From positions 558,001 through 622,000 of the forward strand of contig JASANG010000295.1 of NCBI GenBank assembly GCA_030248215.1: a stretch of DNA of 64,000 bases. The letters run 5' to 3'. Each line of letters opens with the position of its first letter. Position 1 is the stretch's first letter. Source of the stretch: Enoplolaimus lenunculus (Eukaryota). Below the pieces are notes generated by a model. It was given only the letters and a program-made list of their open reading frames with translations, searched no databases and was not told where the DNA came from. A program made the translations under genes and the position numbers. Below, one piece after another: positions 34,655 to 47,200 of this stretch.

Positions 34655-37600
34655 TCATTGTTCCCAAAGTTTCTTTCCAATAAGCGCGAACAGTTGGGAA
34701 TTATACGGTTGATATAATTTGTCGAGTGCTTCAACTACCCATTTCCGTACTCCAATATGAGGTCTTCCTTTAGATTCTCCCAGACATTGTGGCATATTCT
34801 GATCAGTGAAAAAACAGTAGAACCCTTTAGTAGCGTTGTAGTACAGTCGGTTGCTAGGAATGCCTGGTGGTACACCAAGGAATTGCTCAATTTGCCTCAG
34901 CTCTGGCAAAGGGTCTCGTGCAAATGCATCCCCATCAACAATGTGCAGGCTTGTATTGACCGGAAAATATGGTAACCATCGTCGCAAATGCATTGCGTAT
35001 AAGCTGTTTCGTACCGGTTTATAAGATAAGTTCAGCTTGCCACGATTGCTTAGCGCAAGCATTTCTAGGGGTTCGTGCGATTTTTGACGCAACATTTTCG
35101 TCACATGCACCTGTGTGTAATCCGATATTGTACGATTGACCGGATTGCGAAGGATAACAATAATCTGAAAGTTTTAATGTTGAAATTTCAAGTCTGTTGA
35201 ACAATTAAAGCTTGCTCAAACGACTTATGGCGTGACTAGATACCTTTTTCACCATTCATCGTTGCTTAATGAAAACTACCTCTTGTAGAAATTCACATGG
35301 GCTAAGGATGGATGGATTCCAACTCAATCATTTATAATGTTAAACACCATAATAATAGAATCCGTTATTCCAATCGGTATGTTTGCTCGTTTAGTTGGTG
35401 GAAAATGTTGTCAGATCACACAGAACGTGGCCAATGTATAGAATAGAGCGGTAACAGTAATATAAGCGTATTCCTAAAAATCTAAGCGCAAGAATGATCT
35501 TAGATCTAAAGCCTAAGCCTAAGCAAAAAACAGTCTATAGCTTAAGCTTACTCTATTGAAGTGCAGCCGAAAAACTTATGCCCCTTTTGTTTACATGTGT
35601 CCAGAACCTGGTGAAATCAAGCTGTTGTACCGAAAAGCCAACATATCATCTTTAAAAGTCGGGCAACAATAAAAAATGTACCACTTTAGTCAGAAATCCG
35701 TTTTGCGCGCATTGATAACACGGGTCTATCCAGTTAGACGTTTAGTTGGAAATTTTCTTTGAATCCTATTAACCCATAAAATTAATAGTCGGATTTTGAA
35801 AAAAAAATTTTTATGTCTAAAATTAAGCACTACGGCATGACAAAAGTGTTACGTAATTGTTTTTAAAATATTAACCGCACGCTGGACCTAAACCTAAATT
35901 TATTGAGTAATAAATTTAACGCCGTAGTATATATACATCAAACTAAGTGGTAAACACGAAAAATTTCCACCCAGTTTACCTTTGTATCCCCGCTCATCTC
36001 ATACACTCTACGTGGCACTGCAGGCCGAACAAAATAACTTGGTGTTTTTTCGATCGCAAATTCGTCAGCACTGTACAGCATCGGCATTTGTGCTTTGTAC
36101 GCATCAAGTCCTGCATTGTACGCAGTATCATTATCGAAAAAGTGGATTTCAAACGACGCAGCTCGAATCCTTGGGTGAATATTTAAAAATTCAAGAAGCG
36201 CCCGTGTACCCGACTTACGAGCACCTATAATTAAGGCACGAGGTAGAGCAGTATACGAGCCAGTGAGATGCGTTTCATCTGGTAAATTAATTGGCAATTC
36301 GTCGCCTAAGTTTGATATAACGCTAGCGTTGCTAAATTTAGACAGATCTAACGCGTTGAGATCAACTTGAGTTGAAACGAATTGAGCACCGTGAGTTACA
36401 TCTCGGTTAATATGTGCTTGCGCAGAACTATTTTTCAAATTACACCAGTATCCTAGTTTTGAAAAGCAACCTCGTTGCGATAGAATTTGTTGAATTCTAC
36501 GATTTGGCCATGATACGCCGATGGTGTTAGGCGCCGAATCACCGGTATTCGAGTAATAAATAGCTAAATGTTGTTGTTTTTGTTGTAGTTGTTGCTGTTG
36601 TTGCAACTGCTGACACATGTTATAAAGAAACATGTATATTCCTCCTGAAAAGTGAAAAAACACATGCAAAAGTCGTAGCTTAACAAGCTCAAAGGAGTCG
36701 CCCGCGTTCAAAAAACGATGGGTTCTATTGAAAAATTTTGACACCCTCTGGTAAGGATAACCTACGGGCATTCCCACGGGGAGGGAAGTAACGGGGGCCG
36801 TACCCCCTAAATTTTGCTGGTGACCCCCAAATTAACTCGGTCTAAAAGTGAACTATCTTGAGTTGCAATTCTAAAGGCGCCGCCCCAAAATTATTCGGTG
36901 CCCGGCAGTTATAATTTACTTTCGGACGCCGCTGCGGTAACCCGCAAATATTTTCTTTTTGGGTCATTTAGTTCCACAACAGTGGTAGACTTAGAAATTT
37001 TTGACATTGACGCACGCGATATATGAAGAACAATGAAGCCCAGCGCAATTTTAATATTAAATCGTAATAAAAAAGTTAGTTCTGATCAGTGTTCGTGAGT
37101 TGAACGTGTGGGTGCCTCCTTGGATTCACCATTGCTCTACTACAACAGAGCTGTCAACGGTCCGTGTGTGAATGTTGCAAGCAGACCGTGATTCAAATAA
37201 AATATTTGATGTCCCGACAATTCGTCGCCCGATAACTCGTAGCCAAACAATTCGTAATCCGAAATTTCACCGACTCGATAATTCGTCACCCATCATTGTT
37301 TTTAGGCTTAGATTTATGCTTAAGATTACGCTTAAGATTATGTTTACATATTTTAATAGGCTTTAGGACACTGGTTGACGACAAGTTGTTGGGTCACGAA
37401 TTATCGTAGATTCATATTATATATGCTAACCATTGTTTAAGTTTAAACAATAAATGCTTAACGTCAACTTTCAAACTTTAAATTTAAACGAGAAATAGGA
37501 GCGCGGAAACAGAGGTGTCCATCTGGGAAGCCGACTCCTTTGAAACCCCACCAAAAAAAAGTTTTGTACTGGAATTTAAAACATTTTATACAGAAAAAAT

Positions 37601-38398
37601 TCGATAGCTTCTCGTTCGTTGTGACCTTTAGGGTTTTATACTAATCTACCCCTCTCTTGACTATTAGGCGTACATGCCCAAAATGAAATTCTTTCACGAG
37701 CCAGCCCGAATCCAAACTGTTGTACCCATGCTTGACATGCAACTCAGAAAAAATTGTTCACGTGTACCTGACGAGCAACCAACTATTTCTTTATTTTAGA
37801 GCGCTATCATCCGCTTAACATCGCTTGATTTGAGAAGTGAAAATTGTTTACAGTTACACCGTTCCGAGGCACATTTCGTTGATTTAAAAGGGAATAAAAT
37901 ATAAAGTTAATATGCACGAAACGGTTAAAGCTATAAACGTTCGAAGATACATTTTTTTCGTCAAATTTTTCAAAGAGCCGTATTTTTAATTGTATTAATG
38001 ATTAAAAATTATAAGTCAATGATTAATCAGGAAAATGGGCCAAACATATTGCAGTGTATAGTAGATCTGACTACAACCTTACCTATTGCTACCAGAAACA
38101 CTAAACATTTTCTATTCAGGCCTCGTGTGCATGACGATCCAATCAAGTTATGGTGCTCGCCTGGTGAATTCGGGTACCGTCTTTGGATTGCAGTTGAGCT
38201 TCCAGAGTTAATATCGTTCCGCCCGAAGGCTTGAGATGCGTTTGAGACGTCTAAATGAAAGCTCCGAGCTGAGTTTAACCGCATTGAACGAAACTGGTTT
38301 GAACTTCGTCCGGATTGCGATTCTAATTTTTGAGGCGTTTCGTGGTTTGGCTGACCATTGCATGGCTTGTTTAGAGGGTTTGCTGATAATCCGTTCAT
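34655..38398 (-). CDS. hst-3.1 (HS3ST1/5): Heparan sulfate glucosamine 3-O-sulfotransferase, HS3ST1/5-type, 3 coding exons, 496 aa
   Basis: Exons 38398-38083 (AG|GTAAGG), 36644-35980 (TTTTCAG|, AAG|GTAAAC) and 35164-34655 (TTTCAG|, TGA) total 1491 nt. The TM segment CLVFLVAIG/GIYMFLY is formed across intron 1. Motifs: 5'-PSB IIGARKSGTRALLEFL, EIHFFD, EKTPSYF, 3'-PB LRNPVNRTISDYTQV, KGFYC..CLGESKGRPH. SDYTQV, HIVDGD and KGFYC point to the HS3ST1/5 subgroup. Confidence 0.93.
35429..35601 (+). mobile_element. Telomere-like GGCCAATGT MITE in HS3ST intron, 8-bp TSD
   Basis: Termini GGCCAATGTA / TACATGTGTC, flanks CAGAACGT / CAGAACCT (7/8), internal GCCTAAGCCTAAG. Confidence 0.75.
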
Positions 38399-39182
38399 GT
38401 TTCATGATTTTCAGAAGTTTACAACGTGATGTAGACTGTCAGAGGTCGGCAACGATATGTACGTGGGAAATGGATATAGAAAACTGTTTACACAGAATAG
38501 GTAATTTTTAGCGTAATAGAAGGAAGTTAGTTCAAATTACAACTGCAGACAATAATCGCCTAGAAGTTAGACAAAAACATTATACCATGTTTGCTGTCAA
38601 AGTTAATCACTTGGGCGTAGCCGCGATTTCGTTTCGGTAGGGTGTAATCTCTTAAAATCTCTAGCATACAATGTTTTATATATTCTGAGACCTGCAAACG
38701 TGCCTTAATTCTCGTTTCTCTAAATATTTCAAGCAATAACCCATATCATTCCAACTGTAAATGCAATTGGCAGCCGCTTGTTTACCTACGATAAACACGT
38801 GTTCAAGAGGGGCGTAGGAATTGTTGAGGGAGGGACAGAGTTGCATTTACCTCAAATCACTCGCAGACATATGACGTAAAAAGGTGGAAATGTTTCCAGT
38901 AAATCATGGCTCAAAATTTTCAGTAAATGTCGGTCTAAAGCCTAAGCCTACATTATCGATGCACAGAGCAATCGGAACGGCCGTAAAAGTAACATGGTTC
39001 ATATTTTCAATTCAATTTTACACTGACAAAGCCAAAACTCTAAACCAGTCATGATAAATTACATTTTGATTGGTTACGTATTCTTGAATACTGTGAATAG
39101 TTTAAATTGTGATTGCCAGAAATTTTGAACTTAACCCATTCTCACATGAATATTTGCAATTTCACATTAGATGTAATTTCAA

Positions 39183-39240
39183 GGTGAGATGCGAACCCCA
39201 GTCTCACTTGTGGGAGGCGTTTATGGTGACCACTACTAAG
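39183..39240 (-). pseudogene. tRNA-Gly-like fragment / SINE head
   Basis: The minus strand reads GTAGTGGTCACCATAAACGCCTCCCACAAGTGAGACTGGGTTCGCATCTCACC: partial A box, GCCTCCCA anticodon-like arm and GGTTCG B box. No complete cloverleaf. Confidence 0.4.
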
Positions 39241-40723
39241 GTATAGGAGCTTGACACTCAAGCCCGAGGGGGCTGTCATGTCTTGTGGAGATTTTACACT
39301 CTGCATATATGTTATAAATTTTAAACACTGCTCACAGTGTGTGTGTATTGCTCGTACATTATTGTATTTTGTTGCTCATAGTATACTCTATGAGCGAAAG
39401 GGTTAAAATTTTAGACACAGTTGAAGTTTGCAAACTTGTTGTCAATCAACTTGTACGATGGATTATCATGCTACAAGGTCTATGAATGACAAAATGATTC
39501 ATAAGCAATTCTCGGTATCTACTGAATTTTAAACGCCCCAAAAGCACACCATTCTGTTACAGAAATTGAATAACAGTTGTCACAAGTATGCAAAAAATAT
39601 ACCGTATTTTAACTTTTAGAAACGTACGACCCAAAATAGTGGCTTTTTTGCAGGTTGTCCTTGTTGCACACCTGAGTTATTAAACTTATACACTTGCTAC
39701 GCTTTAAAATATTACCAGCTTGCCATAGATTTTAACCGTAACCCGGTATATACATTAAAATCGTTTAATACGTCGCCAAAACTGGTAACGTCATTCGTCA
39801 TTATTATCCATCTATACATATTTAGGGTACTGGGTAGTTTATAATATGCCTAAGCGGTTGTCTAAGTATGTACATGTACCTAACACTGGGTTATACATGA
39901 AAAAAGCACCAAGAAACGGTATTATTGTGGAACCGACAAAAAAGCTAATTTTAGCCAGTTTAGAACTCGTACTCTGTTCTCAAAACCATCAGAAATACAA
40001 CTGTTTCAGTTTTTATCCATCTTCCTTCTCAAGTCTCGAATGTATCTTAGGGTGCGTTTTCTGTCATAAACTAGCAGCATAGCAAGGATTTTATTTCAAG
40101 AGGCTACAATCTTGGACTCTAGATTGTACGCGTTTGTTCTGCAGTCTACAATACTCGTTTTCCAGACTCTCAATTAAATTTTGAGGGGGGGATAGATATA
40201 CTGTACTAAGCTGTATTTCTTGTATACGCCCTTAGCATGTACCAAAGTCAATTCTAGGTTAATATTTTGAAACGTACCGCAAGCTTTGTATTGAGAAAAA
40301 CGAAAGTAATTATAAGAATGTAGGCTTTTAGGCCACTTTTTTCAACGGCGGGCCGGGCAATGGCCGCTATACAACTTGGCATCGCTCAGGTAGCCATATG
40401 GAGCAGTGGAGTTGAGTCCTCCTGGTAAAAAATTGATTTTTTAGCAATGTTTTCACCTTCGTAAGTGATGTGAAATACCGAATTCTCAACCCCCCTCGAC
40501 CCAGCATGCTGAGCTGACTGTAGTCCGTTTGCGTAGCCCGGTTTGGAGCTCATAGCCACCAACATATTTGTCTAAATTGCAAATAAACAAAAAGTTTCGA
40601 AGTAATGCTTAATCCTTTTTAGAGTTTTCATCAAACAACATTACAAGAAGGATTAAAATGTTGTTTAGAAAAAAATTGATATATTGGCGGTGCCATCTTG
40701 TGGACTTTACCAAATTTTGGTGT

Positions 40724-40782
40724 ATATATAATATATAATATATAATATATATAATATATACATATACATATATATGTATATA
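40724..40782. repeat. (TA)n-type low-complexity microsatellite
   Basis: Directly visible. Confidence 0.85.
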
Positions 40783-42610
40783 ATTTAATAGTTAAAACGA
40801 ACACGTTTGGCAATATAGTTGCAAACGGACCATCAATTTCAAATAAACTTCCTAGTAGTCAAAAATATACTCGTAGTATAACGTTTAATATTTGTTCCGC
40901 AATCTCAACGCGACAACTATTCAGTGATCTATTCACCTTTTAGCACAAATTGTCGTTAAAATCTAACTGTCTTTACAAGAAGGGATGAAAATTCTTTTTC
41001 TTATCGCCATCCTTTTGAGCAATCTGCCGTAACAAGAGCTGTAAATATGTTTTTTCGTACAATAGAGGTTATGGGTCGTAGCGACTTTATGGCGCTGTGA
41101 AGGTCAAACATTCCTGTTTACTATTGTCGCAGCCACCTTATCTCTGTGTGGTTTATCGGTGTTGTCTTTTGTCTTGTTTTACCTCGCTTTATGTAAGTGT
41201 CGAAGTTCAGGCACAAACAAAATTGTTTCAAATTTATTTTAACAAACACCCAAGAATAGAGCCAAACGAAAACCATACACAACGCCAATCCGATTATTTC
41301 GTAAGCTAGTTAAAAGTTAAAATTATGTGAACATCAACAGCTGAAATGGACGGAATACATAGCTAAAACACTGTGGAAAAACATTCCTTTTTGTATATTT
41401 GCTTGGGAACAAACGTTGTAAAGTGTTTGGTTTAATTGCTATACAAAACGAATTGCATGGTATTCAAGAAATATTGTCTGACTCTGATATTAAGGATAAT
41501 TATCTTAATACAGACTCCAGCCATATATTTTTAATTCATCACATATTTTTAAAACTTATCAGAATTATTGGTCTGAAACTTTTTAGTCTTAACAGTCTGA
41601 AATTTGTGACTTTGTTTCATAAACAACTAAGACGTACATTTCTGAAAAACAACACAGATATACCTAAAATATAAGGCAAACATTTCTGAACTAAGACTTG
41701 TTTTGACGATTTTCTAGACATAACAGTCATAAAACAAAGATTTGCCGTACAATTTACGAATATATGTCCAAGACGTAAACTTTATGTTCATGAAGAGCAT
41801 GAGCTCAAACCGAAATATTTTTAAAATTCTATTGCTTACAATACACTTTTTTAAGATATGTACAGAGCAACTCATTTACATATATACATTTAAAATCACA
41901 GTAATTCTTGAATATGAAACAACTATTTCTTGAAAAGAAGGAAAGCAAACACTATCCAACCGATACAGTTTGATACAGATGGAAAAGTTGGAACACACAT
42001 ACCAACTCAACTGGTAATCACGACTCTTAAAATGGGGGCTCGAAGCAAATAAGAAAGTCGTAAAACAAATGCAAGTCTCTTGTACAATCTCCAGCACATT
42101 ACACCACGATGCTTAAAGAGGCTATTATCACAAAACGTGCGTCATAGGACAGCAAAAGCTTTAATCACCGATCAGTGATATCATATCTTATAACCGTTCA
42201 TAAATTGTCGGCATCTCCCCCCCTCGCCAGATCAGTTTCTTATTCCATATCAATATTAACCGGTTGAACTCGGTATCTGGTTCTGGGGAAGTGTTCGCAT
42301 CGCCGTTTATAGTTGATATTTTGTAATTAATGTGAAAACAAAACGTTTTGAGAATGAAAAACAATTACACATATTGTATAGAGTATGTCAGTTTGACAAT
42401 GATACAAAACGAATTGTGTGGGTTTCCGGATGCAAAGGCTGAGGCAACTGAAATGCGTTTTATTTATTTTATTTAATTATTAAATTTAAATATTCATGTT
42501 GTTTCTTATCTAGTTTAAAAGTACTTGTAGAAGACTTTCTGATAGTTTTTACTCTAAACAAGGCGGCTTAGGGTTGCGCTATACTTGACATCCAGCGCCG
42601 TCGGTTACCG

Positions 42611-42762
42611 TGCGTCACTCGTATGGCGCCGTCCGTCACTCGTACGGCACCGCCCGTCACTCGTATGGCGCCGTCCGTCACTCGTATGGCGCCGTCCGTC
42701 ACTCGTATGGCGCCGTCCGTCACCCTTACGGCGCCGTCCGTCACCCTTACGGCGCCGTCAGT
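42611..42762. repeat. 21-bp minisatellite (CGTCACTCGTATGGCGCCGTC), ~7 copies, inside a dispersed repeat
   Basis: Directly visible. The flank TATCATACGGGAGTTATCCA matches TATCATACGTGAATTATCCA at 10681-10700. Confidence 0.9.
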
Positions 42763-44037
42763 CACCGTCCGCCACCATACGTTATCATACGGGAGTTATC
42801 CATTTGCTCAGTGCGCTACATCAGAGAAGCCTAAAAATCCTGTTAATTTTGTCTCCACACGCTATCATATTGTTTTCAAAATTTTCAAATTTGGTTTTTA
42901 ACTTAGGCTTGGAATTTTACTCAGATAGGCTTGTGAAGGAAAACTTTGCATACGCTGAAACTTTTGCAACGTATAGAACTAACTGTTGTTAATTTTCCAA
43001 AATTCTTACGTACCTTTGATCAATGCCGGAGCAGGATAGGGTGGGGCTTCTCAAAATTCCGGGGTTGGCCCCTTGTGATGATCAAAATATTTTTCGAATT
43101 TTTTGTTTAAAATCTTGTTAGGTTACTTAGGGGCACTCCTTAAGGTGCCCCCCCCAATAGTGGGTATAGAAGGGTGGCTGCTCCGGTCTTGTCTTTGAAA
43201 AGCGGATGATACGAACTAAAATCGCTACACCATCCACCACTACTACTGTACACCTCCAGGAAACAACCATAGTACCGAAAATTTAAAAACATTAGCTAAG
43301 TCATCTTCTAAATATTAGTCGAGAGAATAATCGATACAGACACATTAATGTCTCTAGATTTGCGTTCGAAATTGTACCCAAATGCCGCGGTTCCGCCTAA
43401 TAAAGCAAACAAACTCTATGCATTCCGAGACAACAATATTAGAATGGATTGTGGTGGCATATACTTGTACTATTAAGATCAAATTACATTATATAACCAT
43501 TATTGTAGCTAAACATCAGTAGTTGCTATTTTCATTATTTTGTTGCTTATAGCAGAAGCCGGAATGGAACTGAATATTTGGTAGATGCAGATAGAAATGG
43601 ACGCTGCAGCGTCTGTTGAAAGCATCCAATGTTGAAAAGAATTTTGAAATTTCAATAGTTTAATTCATTTTAAAAACAATCAGAAACAATTATAAAAGCA
43701 AAAATGACAAAAACACAGGTACTTTCGCGGAGTTAAGATTTTAATACACAGTATGAAGTAGTTATCAAAACAGTAACATTGACTTTGTTAACCTGAGTAT
43801 GCTGCATAAACACGAAGCTAAAAAAATTGAGCGACCAGGACAGGTTTGCGCAAACTTCGATTTTCTACAATACTTTTGAACAGAAATTTGAGACGATGCG
43901 GAAAAATGTTGAAATGCAAACAAATAACTTTGTATTACTACAAAAACTTATTAGTACTCAAACTGAAAAGTGCATGGATAGCCTGGTTTAAGCAATCTTG
44001 GCCTGGCGTGTAGTCAGGATTTTCAATTGAGAGCGAT

Positions 44038-44235
44038 CAATGGCGGATCCACGGGGGGGCACCCCGGCCGTGGCCCGCCCAACAGCATCTCGACAAAAAT
44101 TATATAGTGTCTATTGCTGTTCAACGCTGTTTATTTCTCTGTTTTATACACAATAGTATAAGCACAAAACAAGTTTATTACCTCTGAAATTTTGCCCCCC
44201 CCCCCCCCCATTTTGAGATCCTGGATCCGCCACTG
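44038..44235 (+). mobile_element. hAT-type MITE with 8-bp TSD
   Basis: TIR CAATGGCGGATCCA / TGGATCCGCCACTG, with exact AGAGCGAT duplication at 44030-44037 and 44236-44243. Confidence 0.9.
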
Positions 44236-47200
44236 AGAGCGATCTAGACAACCATGAGTACAGTGACGGTTGAGTTTTTGAGAATTTACTAGCGAATCGA
44301 GCGGGTGACTTGACTGAACCGGTGATTCGATCGTTTAAAAACGATAAAGAAACACTTGCAAGCGAAGCGAGCGAAAAGCTAGACGTAATTTTAGCATTAA
44401 ATCCATTTGCAACAGTGCTAAAACGTTTGTTGGTTCATCGGATTGGGAGTCTACACCTTCAGAACCTATGGCTACGCGCCTGTATTTTTTGTTCCGCGTT
44501 GCATTCGATTCGAGATAATCGGACAGAAAATTCTTTGTAAAATTAGTTACCGCGGAAAATATGAGGTTACTATTTCTCAATAAAATTAATACTGTGAACA
44601 ATTTCGAATTGTTTTCTACCTAGAATTTCAATTTTTTAGCAATCTTTTCTGATTACGGGTAGTTTTTTTGACTGGACTTGAAGAAGAGCAAGACGTTTCA
44701 CAGATCAGACAAGACAAGAATTAGACTTATTTAGGTATCATATCCAAAAACATAATACAGATATTGAACTGTTTATTTTAAAATTCAGGCAGAGAACAAC
44801 TCAAAATGTACATGCAAGAATAGCTCCTAACAAAGCAATGCTCATATGTACATTTGCAAGTTTTTGGCAATAAAATGTATAATGAAATTGATGGAAATTA
44901 CAGCAAACACTACAGAAATAAACAACCACCGGCATCATTAAAACTACACAAGCAATGCCCAGCACGAGTTTCAATATCGGGGGCGCTCTGTCGTGCAATA
45001 TATATCCCCTTGGGGGCTGTGGTAATACCCGAACACGAACAGCTGCACAAATGTCGCTATATAAATTGGCACAAAACTTTAGCCAGTGTTGTTTATGGAG
45101 ACCTTGAGGCTTTAAAAAATCGAATTGTTTATAAATTCAAATTTGGGTGTGGAATGATTAAAGGAAGTCATGAGAAGATCAAATATACAAAAAATTCTTC
45201 AAAATCCAACCCGTTTGTAGGCAAACGGGGCAGATAACTTAAAAGATCCAATTTTTTGCGCTTGCAACGCAATTTGAAATCTTTAAATATAGAAATGTTT
45301 GCTATAATTACAAAGTAAAAAGTTAAACAATTTCACAAAATTTTCCTCTTTCGACGAAAAAACTTGGAAAGGCAAGTTTGTTTATCTAACGGAAAACCGG
45401 TGAAACACAAAACATTTCCATTTTGACATTTTATATTTCAAGAAACGTTTGGACTGCAGTCTTAGTTGGAACTGAATAATCATTTATTCAGCAAAGGTCG
45501 TTATTCGAGTTAATCACATGAGACGCACAACAACAAGATATCAAAAGCACCATCTGCATAATGGGTGCTCTTGGTTCAGGTACGTAAATCACAGATGGGG
45601 TTGCATTAAAAGAAAACAAAATGATTATTAAATCACGTACACAATTTAATGAGCGACAATAAAAATTTGTTTGGCATATCTTAAAATTTAATCAACTGCT
45701 GTAGAACGCACTAGCTACATTTTATAGTATATTAGAACGTGTACAAAGAGAGATAGGACATATTTCGCTTCGAGAAATTTCAATGAATACACACGCTAAA
45801 AGACGTCTTACGGGTATTAGATTAATCAACGGAATTCTGTAATCCAGGGTCCAAAAAAATTAAGACGATGCATAAGAGTGCCAAATATATTTCTAAAAAC
45901 TATAAGCATAGTGAAAACCTATTCGATTTACTCAAGTAATATTTTACTATTATAGCATTTAAATTACTTCAAGGTTTCGGTAATAGCATCTATAAATAGG
46001 CAAAGTTTTGTTTCGCCTTGTCAAAAAGCACTAAACCAGAACCTGATTTCCCAATAGACATATAACTTGAACACAGATTTAAATATTATGGAATTATAAA
46101 AGATTCTCCAGTTTGACAACTAGCGATATGGTATTTTCCTAATTAACTTAAGTAATATATATTTTGTGTTTTGAATTTTAGAAAACTGTAGAACGCATCA
46201 TCTAAAAACTTGTTGTTATTGAAATTTCTATTTTAAACTCTACTTTTGTTGTGAGGCTATTGGGACTCTGCTGCCATCCGGCGTATAATGATAAAGTTCA
46301 CTGGTCCAAAGCGTATGGTGAAGCAATTATTGGATCCGAAATCAGAGTCAAATTCAACTAGGTGTTCAAAGCAAAAAAAATTCCGACAAATCCACGTCCA
46401 CTGTCCAGTGGCAGATCCAGAAATATCTAACGAAGGGAGGGCGCAATATACATTATAAAAACATTGCAAGCCAAGCGGGAAAGAAACCAGTCGCAATTAT
46501 TTCGGCAAAAAATATAAATTTGTAAGGCAGGAACCGTACCATTTTTAGTAAAAAAATATCCTGACTCTGGTGTGCGCTATATATATGGTAAAAATGTGTA
46601 AGGTAGGCCTACAATTGATTATATATATACAGCTCGGCATTAATCATAGTTAGGCAGCTGAGTGTGGCGGGGTAAAGCCTAAGGGATTATTTGTTTTGAA
46701 TTTATTCAGAACAGCTGATTTTGTCCTCCAGAATGGAAAATGTGAAAATGTCGCGCTATATGATGAAAACAAATTTAGAGCTGCCGGCCGCGAAAACATT
46801 GTTATTATTTTTGTTCCTTAGCGAAGACCACGTCTTTGGGATTTATTTAATGTTATTCAAATATTGAAATAAATTTTATTAAAATTATTAAAGTATTTAT
46901 TAATAATATCTTCATGTTACATAAGATATTTCCGTTCGCCTCTGGGCGTGTAATTTCAAGTTCTAAAGCAGGAGCGATTATCGGGTCTTTTTCGTTATCC
47001 CCTCAGACCGCGTTTACGTAAAATTAAAATTTTTGCATATTAGACTTTATCATGTACATCCTGTGATCTTCCACGTCCAAATTTCCATTTTTGAAAAATT
47101 AATTTTTTAAGGTCGCAAGGTCCTCCCGCCCCTGAAACCCCAAAACATTTCTTGTCAAAAAGTTTGACAAATTAAATACCATTCGATGCAGCTTGCGGAG

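Noticed and set aside
36645..36777. N-terminus of the 279-aa ORF as the HS3ST start
   Set aside because: It is intronic. A TTTTCAG acceptor at 36644 joins the upstream exon and completes the TM helix.
42568..42992. Four overlapping repetitive ORFs
   Set aside because: They are translations of the 21-bp array.
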